From contig NC_134031.1 in the NCBI RefSeq assembly GCF_964204645.1, positions 14,371,807 to 14,435,806 on the forward strand: a stretch of 64,000 nucleotides of DNA, in the 5' to 3' direction. Below the pieces are notes generated by a model. It saw nothing but the letters and a program-made list of their open reading frames with translations. It did no database searches and was not told the DNA's origin. Of this stretch, positions 12,140 through 25,980 are shown piece by piece. Position 1 is the stretch's first letter; every line of letters begins with the position of its first letter. Origin of the DNA: Tubulanus polymorphus. Its lineage: Eukaryota > Animalia > Nemertea. The position numbers were made by a program, and so were the translations under genes.

Positions 12140-12838
12140 TTTTGTTGAAACACACTGAGTTGGATATTGATAATACAAAGAAAAGAAAGTGTCTGAAATG
12201 TTTGCTTGAGTTAGTTAGTTTATTTGACGTTTCGACTATATATCTTAATATTCATCTTCAGAAATACTGCCTGACTATATCAGCGGATAATGTCGAAACG
12301 TCAAATAAATCATTAGTTCAAGGAAACATTTCAGATTGTTTTCATTATCAGTGTGCAGGGATTTTATGTATAATCTTTACAACACAGACCCAGATTGTTT
12401 TGAGGACCACCTCAGTATTCCGTTAGATGACTATTAGAATAAAGTCAAAACGTTGAATAAACTACTAGCTCAATCGAAACTATCAGTTTTTTTCTTAAGT
12501 CGGATTTCATGCCATCATTACAAAACGGACTGTCTAATAATGAGGACAACATCAGTATTCCACCTGAAGATGACTTTTAAGATAAAGTCAAAAGGTTGGA
12601 TAAACTCAATCGAAACATTTCACACTCATTTTTTCCTGATGTGCGGGGATTTTATATTATCTTTACAATACAGACCGAGAGTGTTTTGAGGAACCAGTCT
12701 TCCTGAAGATAATTATAAGTCGAAACGTTGAATAAACTATACCTAGCTCAATCGAAACATTTCACACTGATCTCCTTTTATTCGTAATGTGCAGGGATTT
12801 TGTATAACCTCTACGAACACGGACTCGGGGTGTTTCAC
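12140..12838. mobile_element. Tandem array of ~130-150-bp hammerhead-containing units (non-LTR retrozyme/Penelope pLTR-like): one minus unit and four plus units
   Basis: Plus-strand GAAAC-like cores near 12295, 12447, 12590 and 12722. Shared spacer aataaact..agctcaa..gaaacatttca...gtgtgc.gggatttt...acaacac.gac.cagagtgtttt. Confidence 0.7.
12221..12266 (-). ncRNA. Minimal type I hammerhead ribozyme motif (best-preserved copy)
   Basis: Minus strand reads UAUUU-CUGAAGA-U-GAAUAU-uaagauau-AUAGUC-GAAAC-GUC-AAAUA: intact CUGANGA and GAAA core, stem I UAUUU/AAAUA, stem II 5 of 6 bp, GUC cleavage triplet, palindromic ACGU stem III. Confidence 0.7.
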
Positions 12839-15295
12839 GTGCATTCTGTTCCACCGAGTCAAATTGAAATCGACCGTTTTAGATTTCAATTCCCGGTTTA
12901 TCGTCACTAAATCCACCGATAATTTGAAATCCAAGCAGGTATTTCAGTAACACTGAGTGAAACAGGTACAGGTTGCCTGCCATTCTGTACGCGGACCGAT
13001 GTTAACTGAAATGTTAACGCGATAAGTCAAATTCGAATTTGACTTTAATGGGGTTTTTTTCCGAATTAAATTGCTTTAGAATTTCTTCCCTCTCAAAGCG
13101 ATGCATTAAGTTCGAGTGATGTTGACGTTTTTTTGCGTGCGAGTTAGAAATTGCGCCGGTAAATTTGAATCTATATATCTAAACAAGAACGCGTCGCTTG
13201 GGTGCAATTTGTTACATTACATAGAGATGGCTCCAATCTTCCGAGGGTAATATATTTCCCACTCGCGCCGTGTAGAAGAAACGAACACGGATTTAATGTT
13301 TAAAATGGCCACTAATTTCATCCTTAACGCGCACATAAAGTCATATAAAAGCCAACAGACCATAAATAACCGGGGGTCAATTGCACGTTTCAGCGAGAGC
13401 TTTATCAATTTAGATCCGAAGAAGTAAATTCTACTTTATTCCGCCATCAATTTAATTTTATTGGCTCGAATTGGAACGAATCGTTTTTATATTCGCTTCA
13501 CCACTTGACGGGTTTTCAGAATTTCTGAATTTATTTTGATATTTGGATTTAATGCAGTTTTCTAAGTATCATAAATCTACCTACGGTTTAAAGTTTCCTA
13601 TACGAGAAAAAAAAACTAGACGCATTCTAGCCAAATGTTCTCGCGTAGAGAACTGAGCCCACAGACCGATCATCATTCATACGACGTGACCTTTTGTTGT
13701 ACCTGCCACAAACTGGTGTGTACCAGAACAAGCCAAATTCGACCTATTTGGTCATTCTATAGATTGCGCAGGAGTGGTCGGTGGAAGGTTTGAAGGTTTT
13801 GATATTGACTGCAGTGGAACGTCGTTAAAACGAACTCGGATACAAACGATTCATCGGTTATAACAATAGCATTTCGTCCAAAGTATGAAAATCTCTGGGC
13901 ACCTGGTCTTATATCGACAGAACTAAGTTGGTCTTGAGACTGATCACAAAAAGAAGCCATCTCCGGGCAACTCGGCCAATTAAGTTAAAGACAAGTGAAC
14001 TCACTAACTCAAATCTTAATTCGAAATTAAGGAATTGGATCCGGTAAATATAACTCATTCGTCATCTAGATTTAAAACATACTTTCGACTCTAAACGATA
14101 AATCTTTCTGTGTACGGTTTATTCCTGAAGTTATTCGAAGAATCGCTGAAATATGTTCATCATTTGCGGTCGGTATTCGAATCAAAGCGTGCCGTAAACC
14201 GGAGAATTTAAGAACGTTTAAGCGTGAATACAAACTCGCCGGGGTAATAGGTATTTAAACTGCTGGCATTTAACCACCATGGATGAGGAAGAGAGAGAGA
14301 GAGAAAATAATTTAAGTAAAGTCGACTGATTATATGGCTAGAGTTAAACAAATGCAACTGCTCATTTAGATTATCATATTCCACTAATTAAGTGTTTGGT
14401 CATGTATTGTGTAACTTTGTACCAACAACAGTTGTTTTTACTAATGGTTATATACTGTTAACTGTAACGATGAATTCAACTCCGCACCGAGAGAGAAGAG
14501 AGAGGAAGAGAGGGGAGAGAGAGCAAGGGAGAGGGGAAGAGAGAGGGGAGAGGGGGCAGGGGAGAGGTAGAGAGCGAGAGAGAGGGGGAGATAGAAGTCA
14601 TAGGGGGCAGGGAGAGAGAGGGGGTGGAGGAGGGAGGGAGAGAGAGGGGAGAGACACGGTAGAAGGAGGGAGCGAGAGAGAGGGAAAGAGAGAAGAGAAA
14701 GACCCTCTGCACAGTGTGTTTCTGGTTTTTGTAAAATATCCGCAGTGAAAAATATTCGTCAGTAAACATAGCCCCCAGGCAGCTTTCAACTGGTAATGGT
14801 ACCTAATACGATTCAAACCAGAATTGTTATTTCAAATTCGACGGTTATGTTTAGATGGTGAAATTTTTGTTGGGTATCTCTTTTCATCCAGAAAGGTTTG
14901 TTTAGTACCTTATGACTAGATCAAACGAGTTGGAAAAGGCTGTTCTAGAATCAAAGTAAATACGTATACATTCTAAATATCAATTAGATTGGGTTCTAAA
15001 TAAAAGCCATCAAAAACAATTGAAAAACAACACGTTTTGGAACGGGAGAGTTCTCGGTTGACATTTTGCAATGAAATAATATAATTTCCAGAGTCAAATA
15101 AATCGAGAACGGTGGATATGTTTGGGGGAAGAGAGGGTGGTACAGAATGACTTAACATTTTATGATTGTATTGATGTATACTGATATCGGTGGGTCCCTG
15201 GGCCTTGCTTTTGATACTAAATATTGCGATGTACAAACAATTCTCATTAAAAACAAATATAATGCTGTCTTTGGTTTGAAGTGAAACGAAACCTT

Positions 15296-15336
15296 CAGTA
15301 CCAGCAGTAGCATCAACATCAGCAGTAGCACCACAG

Positions 15337-15402
<66 letters not shown>

Positions 15403-15531
15403 GCACCAGCACCAGCAGGACATGCAGCAGCAGCACCAACATCACCAGTACCAGCAGCACATGCAGCATCACCACCAACACCGGCATCAGCAGCAGCAGC
15501 ACCACCACCACCGCCACGAATACCACCACCA
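15296..15531. repeat. (CAG)n/(CAC)n compound microsatellite
   Basis: Direct reading. Confidence 0.95.
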
Positions 15532-15973
15532 GTGTATTCGATGAATATGTTATGATTGTTTACTGTGCCGTTAAAAACATTATATCAAGTTTTACAACTG
15601 CGACGAGATGTTTAAAACTTATTTATGACTTCATCTAATATCACATATCAGACGTGCGGGTAACACTATAACAGGTTGGCGAAGGCCTCCAACGAAAAGC
15701 AGCGCATTTATTAAGTCAACTACTTCAACGTGTGTTAGACGGGTTTTAAAATATCATATTTCTGCTCGCTAGGTAAACAGCGACATCTTGAGTTTATTAC
15801 AGTAAAGTAACTTAATCAGACACGAGAGAGACGGATGGGGGCGCGAACGACCATGAGAGAACGAAAGGGGGAGTGGGAAAAAAAGAAAGTGTAAAAAAGG
15901 AGAGAGATGATCAAGAAGGGAAGAGATTTCGGTGAGAGAGAAAAGATACTAGGTGAGAGAGAGGGAGAGGGGA

Positions 15974-16194
15974 GTGGTGGTGGTGGTGGTGGTGGTGGTG
16001 GTGGTGGTGGTGGTGGTGGTGGTGGTGGTGGTGGTGGTGGTGGTGGTGGTGGTGGTGGTGGTGGTGGTGGTGGTGGTGGTGGTGGTGGTGGTGGTGGTGG
16101 TGGTGGTGGTGGTGGTGGTGGTGGTGGTGGTGGTGGTGGTGGTGGTGGTGGTGGTGGTGGTGGTGGTGGTGGTGGTGGTGGTGGTGGTGGTGGT
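15974..16194. repeat. Perfect (GGT)n microsatellite, ~73 units
   Basis: Direct reading. Confidence 0.98.
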
Positions 16195-16791
16195 ATTTGA
16201 TGCAGCTGATCGAGGGAATAGAAGCAGCCAATGTTTCAAGCGATGTTTCTCCGATTCCGCGGTTCTGTTGAGCATGATGTAATTTTATGCTAGAATAGGT
16301 CCAATATCAGAGGAAGGTTTTCGGCGCCGTTACCGGTAAATCACCGACCACACAGTCGACGCAGATTACACCCTAACAGGCCGAAAACAGCTCGATGACA
16401 ACACCGTGCGCTTGATATCAGTAAGAAAGCCATCTTTCATGTGTCAGATTTGTTCTGTGATCACGATCTCAGTCGCTATTGGGTTTTTGAGCTGTGAAGA
16501 TGTGTCCTGTGTCTGGTAAGCTGATCCCTGATCAATATTACAGGTGATATCTATGTCGCTCAAGAAGATGTGTTTCTGTGGTGGTCACCATTTCATTGGT
16601 TTGTCACTAACAAATGACTGATTGGTTTTAGATAGGAATAACCTTCACTTTCGTACCTGATAGCATCAATGGAGGTGTTGAATTGATACGGAATTGAACC
16701 GGACTACACAGTGAGTCGAACCCCCGCAGATAATCCCGGCTTAGAAAAGTTGAAATAGAACTGTACCGGACACAGGACGCCGCCTTGCCGA

Positions 16792-16907
<116 letters not shown>

Positions 16908-17819
16908 TTTATTATTTGTATTTTACCCTTGGGATCCTATCTATAATACTCCGCACTGCACTGAGAGAGTTAGATCAGATATTACTGGGTTCATGAAAGT
17001 GAAATATGAAGTGCATTCCTCGGAAAACAAAAGCAAACGCCGCGAAAAAACAGAAAGGAGAGAGGGAGGGTAGGACAAAATCAATAAACTTTCCTTTGAA
17101 ACACATGGCCTGGTAACACATATTTTACCCTAGAAATGTGTAGAGCGTTTTCGAATAGTTTTAAATTCAGTTTTCCAATTGAACGATCTTTCCTCACAAG
17201 TACGTGAAGAAATACAATGAAAACCAACTTCTACATTCTAGGGGTTATCGGGTACAGGATAATATGCACAGATTTGAAAGCTGTGAAAATGAAAGCCTCG
17301 TATCGGGCATGTTGTTTCTGAAGCCGAGACTCCGCGTCGAGGAAAATATATTTAAATCCTGTAATATTCGTGTGCGTAACTATGGGATTATCGTTCTACC
17401 ACTATAATCGGCTTAGTGCGGATTAAAATCGACACTGTTACGATGTGTAATGATAATTCCCTCCCAGTTCGTGATCGTTTTTAGTTCGGTCACACCGTTA
17501 ATCTTCTCCGCGCGATTTTTTTCAAGGTCACAGACACGATGCATTCATCCTAAGTGACGGTTGCTGAGTTTGCGCTATGGGCAATTTGGAAAAATCTAAA
17601 TATGAATTCATCGTGAAGTCCGTAAAAAAATTTCTAATGTCAGTTCAAAACGGTCATACCCCGGGGTCCATTACAGTAACACCAGCACCAGTTCGGGCGT
17701 TACCCTAACCCTAGCTCGTTCTTAACCTTAACCCTTGCAGAACTTTCAGCATGCCGACTGGGCACACTGCTAGTAGGCCATAAACCAAAAGTTACTACCG
17801 GAGTTTGTTTGGTTTTTGT

Positions 17820-18745
17820 TGTGACCAGGTGAAGTGACTAGTGACCAGTCGGGTATGGTGACTGGTGAACAGTCAAGCGTGGTGACTGGTGACCAGTCAG
17901 GTGAAGTGACTAGTGAACCAGTCAGGTTTGGTGACTGTGGTGACTGGTGACCGGTGTATTAACTGGTGACCAGTCAGGTGAAGTGACTGGTGACCGGTGT
18001 AGTAACTGGTGACCAGTCAGGTGAAGTGACTGGTGGCCAGTCAGGTGTTGTGACTGATAACCAATCAAGTGTAGCGACTTGTGACCGTCAGGTGTAGCGA
18101 CTGGTGATCAGTCAGGTGTTGCGACTGGTGACCAGTCAGGTGTAGTGACTGCATTGGACTGGTGACCATACAGGTGTAGTGACTGGTGATCAGTCAGGTG
18201 TAGTGAGAGGTGACCAGTCAGGTGTAGTGACTGTGGTGACCAGTCCGGTGTAGTGACTGGTGACCGGTGTAGTAACTGGTGACCAGTCAGGTGAAGTGAC
18301 TGGTGATCAGTCAGGTTTGGTGCGGTGGTGACTGGTGACCGGTGTAGTAACTGGTGACCAGTCAGGTGAAGTAACTAGTGACCAGTCAGGTGAAGTGACT
18401 GGTGGCCAGTCAGGTGTTGTGACTGATAACCAATCAAGTGTAGCGACTTGTGACCGTCAGGTGTAGCGACTGGTGATCAGTCAGGTGTTGCGACTGGTGA
18501 CCAGTCAGGTGTAGTGACTGCATTGGACTGGTGACCATACAGGTGTAGTGACTGGTGATTAGTTAGGTGTAGCGAGAGGTGACCAGTCAGGTGTAGTGAC
18601 TGTGGTGACCAGTCAGGTGTAGTGACTGCATTGGACTGGTGACCATACAGGTGTAGTGACTGGTGATCAGTCAAGTGAAGCGAGAGGTGACCAGTCAGGT
18701 GTAGTGACTGTGGTGACCAGTCCGGTGTAGTGACTGTGGTGACTA
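17820..18745. repeat. ~24-bp minisatellite with higher-order duplication
   Basis: Unit ctggtgaccagtcaggtgtagtga; the variant block gataaccaatcaagtgtagcgacttgtgaccg recurs at ~18055 and ~18425. Confidence 0.92.
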
Positions 18746-21321
18746 GTATGCTCACTAACAAACCATCGCCAAGAATTTTCGCCAGTTTTTGATTCAAGGG
18801 CTTAATTAGAGACTGATAGTCGCATGTAAATTTCTGTTCACGGTTTCTGATTTACGTCTTCAGCGCGCTGATGAGCGGAGGGGAGGGGAGGGGGAAGGAG
18901 GGAGGACTGTGTTGTTGTTATGGTTTATAGATAATTGTTTGTAAACATTGGAATCTATTCGATCTCGAGCTCATCACATTACGGCTATATAGCTGTATGT
19001 AAACACATCGGTCGAGATAGAAAGAGATAGTTATTATACCCTGTGTCTGTTCTCATTACATTCTTCCCCAAACACCTGTCTTTTAACGCCTGCCAGCTAT
19101 ATCTGCTGAGTCTTCAGAGGATGATATCTCTCGGCCTGTATCTGCGGAATCCGGAGAGCTTTGAGGTCCACCGCGCACGGGGGAGTTAATAAGTCCATTT
19201 TAGTCAGCAGATTTTTGACGACATTCGATTTGTACGTTAACGGATTTTAGAAGTAAAGACATTAAATCCGACGATTGTAAATTATTCTAAAAGTTCTTAG
19301 AAATCATAAGAAATATTTCTCGTGCCTTAGGCTAAACAAAATTGATATCTGGTTTCTTTTTTTTTTTAATTTGACCCGGTCGAACGCCTGTACACTTCAT
19401 TTTCATGACCGAGCTAACAATAACCGACCCGGCAGTTGTAGAAATGAACTGATTTTTAGAATTTTATTGCAGATTCAAAAATGACTCCACCGATTAGGTG
19501 AAACAAGGTATCATTTTTTTACTTCAAGCCTTACTACCTTTTAGGAAAATAATAATCATATTCTATCAATGATTTATATGTAACAGAAGCTATTATTCAG
19601 AACAAGGAAAGGATATGATTGCACGGGTTGATACGCTTAACGTGAATGGGTACTCTTATCCTAGGAATCAAAAAAGGGGGAAAGAAAGCGTGAGTTTAAA
19701 GAGTTGTGTGCACATGAATAGGCCTATTTGATCGCGGTCTCAAATATTCGAGGGAAACTTAGCGAAGAAAGCCAAAGCCGTTAGGTGTTTGTTGACTTTG
19801 TTAAGTAAGAAGATTCGTAGTTAAGTTAGGTTCGGTTGTTAAGTTAATAAGTTGTAAGCCGAGTATTTGCTCTGCTGGTACAGGTATATCAGCGCTCATC
19901 CATCCGATCAAAAACTCGTCCGTCTACGGCAGCAGTCGTCGTTTGATGTCTCGGCCATTATCGAGATTATCAATATATAATGCGGAATCCTTTTTGTGTC
20001 GAGCGATGAGGAGACAAAATTGAATCTTCTATGCGAAGGACACCGAATGACAAGCCACGATGTAGAGTCGTTTCATCCATTAACTTTGATCTTCTAATCA
20101 GACTTTCATCTCATCACTGCCCAGGAGCCTACTAGTCTAATAGTTATTTTGTTTGCAACTATTTTCTATTGTTCGTCGTATTTGGTGTCCTTTTACGAAA
20201 CCTATTCACTCAGTTTCTGCTTAAGGAAATACTGTTTACACATTCATGAATAAGCGATGCCCATCTAGCAAAGTTACTCATTTATTCCCCGCCAAAGGAA
20301 ATGTATTCTCTTTTGATGAATTAGCGATAAGTCTCAGATAGAAATTGATTTTTTATTATCCGTTTACATCTAGAAAAATGAAAGAAACAAAAGAGGCAAC
20401 CAACATAAGAAAACTACCTAAAACAGATAATTGTTTCGCCATTAAGGATACGTAATCTATATACTCTTAACATTCGTTAAGTTATTTCATTTAACATGGG
20501 CGTCACCAGAGGGGCTGCAGACGGCCCCCTTTTTGAATCCAGGTTCCACATTTTTTCAAAATTATGCATTCCGGAAATTTCAGAAATATTTTGCCTTAAA
20601 AGCTCCGGAAAATGCCCCTCTGAAGCTTCGAATTTCAAAAATCCAGTCCTCTTAAGAACATTCATCAAGCAATGTCAAGGATCCTTCAGCTCTCGGCGGA
20701 TACGGTGCAAAGTATGGCATATATAGTTCCCCCTTAAAAAAATCCACCCTTGCTTAATGCCTAATACATTTTAAATAAACCGAAAACTGTGTACCTTTAT
20801 TGTAAGAGTTTTCTATGCAGTTGTTGTGTCACTATTGGGCCGGTTTTCAGCTTGACTAAAAGGTCTCCACGTTATGGTAATGACGGTTCTGTGGGCTCAG
20901 TTCTGTACGCGAGCATTTTACGCTGAAAAATATTCTGTCTGAAATGTTTTAAGGAACCACAACCTCTTTTCCTCTGGTCCACAGGTCTGATATGTTTGCA
21001 AATTCGTGGTTGAAATGTGAGCTCGGTTTTCGCGTTTAACGGTTGAATCGCATTTTTTTCGTTCGGTTTAGAATTTTCCAGATTGTCTAAGACCGGCAGT
21101 AAACACTGACAGGGAACGCATGCTCCCAGGTGTTTAAACACTTGTTAAACCTGACGCTAAACATCGTGGTAGATGTTACTTACTCCTTTCAGAGAACGCA
21201 CAGAGAATAAAAAACATTTCAAAAAAACATAAACATATATCCTAAGTTCCTTGCTTACTTTTGACTCATTTGCCTGATGAAGCCACTATATGCACTTATA
21301 GCGTGACCTCGAATTTCGAAT

Positions 21322-21624
21322 AGTTGCACAGTCGTGACTTAAGTCCAAAAGGGGTCTTGGCTTACTCATAGCTTAGACTTAAGACCAGTCTAGTTATATA
21401 GCCAATCTAACAACCAGTTTTAAGATTTAAGACCACTTTTTGACTTAAGTCACGACTGTGCAACTGGCCCCTGGGCCCGGTTTTTTAGACTGGTATTAAC
21501 CCGGGGGTTAACCTAATTCATTTTCAGTTGAGTTAACCCCAGGACCCAGTTCCACAGTTGTCAGTTAAGGTTTACTCTGAGTTAACGTTCGTTTATTTTA
21601 AATTAGTTAACAACTGTGGAACTG
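21322..21624. mobile_element. Three abutting MITEs of different families
   Basis: Family A 21322-21470 (perfect 24-bp TIR agttgcacagtcgtgacttaagtc); CTG; family C 21474-21539 (also at ~7012-7100); CAG; family B 21543-21624 (cagttccacagttg / caactgtggaactg, also at ~3961, 4165 and 60443). Confidence 0.65.
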
Positions 21625-22170
21625 TTTACATGTTTTTTTCTACAGTTGTTATATTGAATATTTATTATAACGGAATTTTTATCAAAGGTTTTTAAAAATG
21701 TTTTGCCGATCCTGTTCAGTCATTGGGTTTAATAGGATTCCCACTTCAGTATGTACTAATGTGTACAGAAAATCTATTTTTTCATACAATAACCTAATAA
21801 TGATAATGATGATGATAATAATGATAATTAGTTCATCGCCGATGTAATGTGTCAGTTTGACTTCAGATTTAAACCTGTACTCACAAACACAAACTTTACG
21901 ACCGAATCAAGTACTGTAAACTTGATAAAAAAAGTTTGCCATAAAATGTTTACCGTAAAGATGCCACGAATTGCTGAAAATTGTTATTTCCCAGAACGCA
22001 GAGAAAATAACATTTCAAAACAAAAAATAATAATTCAAAGATTTTCTCTGCGTTTTGTGTAATTTGAAGTTCTGATTGAAGTTTTAAGTATGCCAACAAA
22101 AAACCAAGTGCCCTGAGGGGGATACCGCGTGGGATACTGCCAAAATCAGAGTCCGATATTGTAAAGCTCG

Positions 22171-22471
22171 ATAATAAAAATGATATATCTTCTTATATAG
22201 CTCGGTTATAGAATCTTAACCACCGCACTTAACATTCTAAAACTACATTATCATAAAGGTACAAGTTAAAGAATTGATCACCATAGGTGTTTGTAAAAAG
22301 AAAAGTTTTCAATGTGAATTTGAAGGCTGAGACAGATGAAGAGACTCTCTTATGCTACGAGGTAGTTCATTCCAAAAATTAAGAGCTGAATAGTAAAATG
22401 ACCTCCTTCCAATTTTGGCTTAGGTTTATTAACTTAAAATTGTGGAATCATAACCAGAACGCAGTGCGCGA
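22171..22471 (-). mobile_element. L2/CR1-group LINE 3' end fragment (decayed)
   Basis: Minus strand translates, with frameshifts, RALRS...IGRRSFYYSALNFWNELPRSIRE...SAFKFTLKTFLF, the typical ORF2 C-terminus, followed by a short 3' UTR and AT-rich tail. Confidence 0.75.
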
Positions 22472-24292
22472 TCCTTGGAGATCGACCACGGCGAACTGAG
22501 CGTCAGTGATATTTCTATAACGCGCGATAACTGTTTAAATCATTGTGTAAGTTTGAACGGGCCGTTTTAACAGTATCTCCTCTTGTATCTCAGTTACAGG
22601 ATGTTGCCGCAACACCTCTTGCGCACCGATACATTGCACTCCCGTTCTGACCGACGTTCTGTTTAGTGAAACCGTGTAAATTCAGCCGATGAATTATTGA
22701 ACCATCGTCTTGTAGAATCCCGCCGGAATCTATACGTTTATATTCGAAACGGAATCCACAAAATTCTGGTAAGTTATTCATTTTTCATTTCTAGATTTCT
22801 TCATTTTTCCATAATGCTGATTTTAATCGCAGGTTTTCCTCGGAATCAAAATATGCGGATGCCATTTTCGAGGTTTATTCATAGTCGGAGCAAAACACTC
22901 CGGTAAAATCATTTTCACATTTTCAACCCAGAAAACCAAGGTAACTAACTCGGAATAAACCTCGAATACATATTTCCATAGTTTTCTGTTGATACCGTTG
23001 TTCTCGTGTTTACTTTTTATTCATTATTTTGTGAATAATTAATTGAGATTACCACAAATAAGACCAGGTTGGCATCTAGAATCTTAGTTACCCATAATAA
23101 AGTTTTAACAAGTTTGCAATTTAAATAACGGGGTGAACGAAAAGGATGTCGAACTAGGATATGTAGAGAGAGGATGGAAAGGTGGAGGGAGAAAGAGATG
23201 ACGAGAGAGGGAGAGGGAGAAAGGGACGGAGAGGGGACGCGGGGAGGGAGGGAGGGAGAGAGAGAGAGGGGGGAAGCAAGAGAGACATTTGGAAGGAAGG
23301 ATGGAGAAAGAGAGGGAGAGGGGAGCGACGCGGGGAGAGTGGGTAGACGTCAAACGGATTAGGCAGATTGATATAAAGGTCACACATGATACAAATCTAA
23401 TATTCACGCCTCAAGAATAATGACCACTTTCCGGTGACCGGAATGGTGGAATAGAGGATCAATAAAAGTGGAAGTGTATGTACACTAAGTGGAATCCTCG
23501 AAGATGACCAACGCGGACATCAGGATTAAACCGGAAGTTATATATAATGTATCTTCTGCTTGTTATGCCGACTTCCGGTCCGGTTGGAATAACAATATTG
23601 AATATAGACGTACGTACATTAAAGGAAAATCAATACTTTCCCGAAGTTTCTTCAGATCGATAATAATTTTCATGTAAGCTCTACATTGATCTACTTCGTG
23701 GAGAAAGGTCACATTGCATTTTGCAGAGTTAGGTTAGTGCCAGATGTTTCCAACTGGATCCTGAGGAGCATCGGCCACTGCGTGACTAGCACCGGCTACT
23801 GCTAGTTATAGAAGCCGTTGACCTTTTGTTTAAATGAAGAAATCACGCGAAACATGAGTTGATTAGACGCAATTTTAGTAATAAGTGTGAGTTGACAATA
23901 ATGACCGAGATCATCAGGACATGTGGTGAACCACGTGCCTTAACTAACTTCACCTTCCCCTAAACCACTTAGTGTCCGTGTATCCCTCCTTCCTGACCCT
24001 TACCCTAACCAAATTAGTATCATTTCACACTACCCCTTAAGCTAAGATTATCGAAGAAATACATCCTGCATTCCCTACCAGCAGAGCTAAAAAATGACTT
24101 GAAAACTGGAGAAACATAATTTTTCGCGGATCTTTACACAATAGGATTCGGAAAGTTTTAGTAGACAAGGAAACGATTACTTTTCAAATAGAAAATCTAA
24201 ATCAGATTGTAACGCGGAGTGTATAACCCACAACCCGCAGTTCTTGATAAAATCAGGATTGGTGGATGACGTCCTTTTTCATAACTTTAATA

Positions 24293-24465
24293 CAGTGGCA
24301 CCTCATTCTAACGAATTCGGACCAAATGATTCATCGGATATAGCAAATATAGAATTTCGTCGCAACTAAACAATTTCATTAATTTCATACTTGATATGAA
24401 CGAACTATCGTTGAAAAAGAAGATATTTTCTGGTCCCGTGAAGTTCGCTGTACTAGTTTTCACCG
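24293..24465. mobile_element. Tc1/mariner (pogo/Tigger-like) MITE
   Basis: TA then CAGTGGCACCTC terminus; homologous second copy at 28644-28814. Confidence 0.6.
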
Positions 24466-25097
24466 CAAAATGAAAGTTAATCCGCACAGGATTTCGACCA
24501 TACAAAGAAGAAAAGTTAAGTTGCAAAAGAACATTGAAAAAGAATTTTTAGAGTCGTATTGGAATGTTTTTAAGAAAATTATTACCAGAAGCTCGCTCCG
24601 CGGATCTTCAGACAGAGGATTTGCGCGTAATTTCCTTTTTTTCATAAGTCTAATACTGAGTATTTCTTTTTACGAGGCGCTGAATCCTTGGGATCGGTGA
24701 TTTTTGCGCATGTTTATGAACGCTGTAATAACTCCAGATTTATGTATTCAAAAGTAAACTAATTGCCGAAATAGCGGGGGGATTCTGGCGGCTAGTTTTG
24801 GTTTGGAAGTAATTTGATTAAGATGGAATGAAATTGCATCCAGTATATAAAAAATACTACGACGTATCCTGTCGCAGATTCATGTACTTCCATTAGAGGT
24901 TGAAAAAACCCTCTAACTCCTGATTCGTAATCAGGATGGTCTTGTTTACGGCAAACAGAAAAAAAATTCTCCTGTAACCATTAGTGATGTGTAAATCCTC
25001 AGAGAATAAATGGACTTTCATCAAAAAAATTGACTCAAATATAATTCGGTCAAAATTGGCTCGAGTTAAAGTTGACAGTTTGAGTTGAAGACCGTAA

Positions 25098-25326
25098 AGG
25101 CTGTGCAGTTCGCGCAGTTGGTTGAGTGGCGGACTGGGAGCCAAGAGGTCCCTTATTCAAACACCTCTGGCGTTGGTTGTCGATACACATATATACGTGG
25201 ACTAGGCTCTGCTAACGTAGTCAGGTTTTGAGTCATAACAACCTATAAAAGGCCCTGGCCGTCTCTTAAAACCCACTAGGGGTAACGCACTGTTACTTGC
25301 AGTTGGGACGTAAAACTCTTCTAAAC
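25098..25326 (+). mobile_element. tRNA-derived SINE (degenerate)
   Basis: A-box-like tcgcgcagttggttgagtggc, B-box-like ttcaaacac, body, and tail tgggacgtaaaac. Confidence 0.55.
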
Positions 25327-25553
25327 TGAAAATACATTGCGAGGTCAGATGATGATTTAGGTCTTGTCAGAACATGGACGTACACGTACATGCTCAGAGT
25401 TTGTCATGAAAAGTGTTGAGTTAAGAAACTGTGTACACAATGTTTGTCGAGCAATTTTCGAAACTAAAAGAGTACGTTATGTATACTATATATAGATCAA
25501 ATAACTTGGAAGTTTATTTACGTCTTGAAAATTAACACTGTCGATCTGCGCTG

Positions 25554-25980
25554 TACGTCATTAGAATTAGCGTTTCAAAATAACCATTACAATTGTGAAT
25601 TTTGGCGTTTATTTTATAATCATATACATCTCATATATAACTCTTATTTCATTTCTCATACATTTTGATAATTTTGATTGCGAAGATGTACACTACGTCA
25701 TCATTATATCGGGTCTGGACTGGTTACCGGTCAATTTGATTCAATTACCGATATATTCAAATTTAAAAAAAAACATTATTGATCCTTCATATTATGATTG
25801 TTTCACATTATTTCATATATTATCGACAATATCAAGCAATTCATGTGTTATTTATTGCGAACGCATAAAATTTGAATTTTTCCATGCGCTTAAACGGCCA
25901 TTTTTACACTAAGACCTAATTACAAACGCAAAAATTCACGATTTTAATAGTTATTTTGAAACGCCAATTTTGATGACGTA
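25554..25980. mobile_element. MITE-like element with ~55-bp TIRs
   Basis: tacgtcattagaattagcgtttcaaaataaccattacaattgtgaatttt mirrors aaaattcacgattttaatagttattttgaaacgccaattttgatgacgta. Confidence 0.6.

Noticed and set aside
15152-16282. Poly-L, poly-G, poly-H, poly-T and poly-V ORFs
   Set aside because: Trinucleotide microsatellites with no splice or domain context.
17698-17740. Telomere-like ccctaaccct (also ~23995)
   Set aside because: Only one or two degenerate units; not an array.
21270-21320. Additional hammerhead candidates (CTGATGAagccac at ~21275; GAAACATC on minus at ~40985 and ~42160)
   Set aside because: Only half of the core is recognisable and no convincing stems.
25098-25170. 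tRNA gene
   Set aside because: No complete cloverleaf, degenerate B-box, and continues into a SINE-like body.
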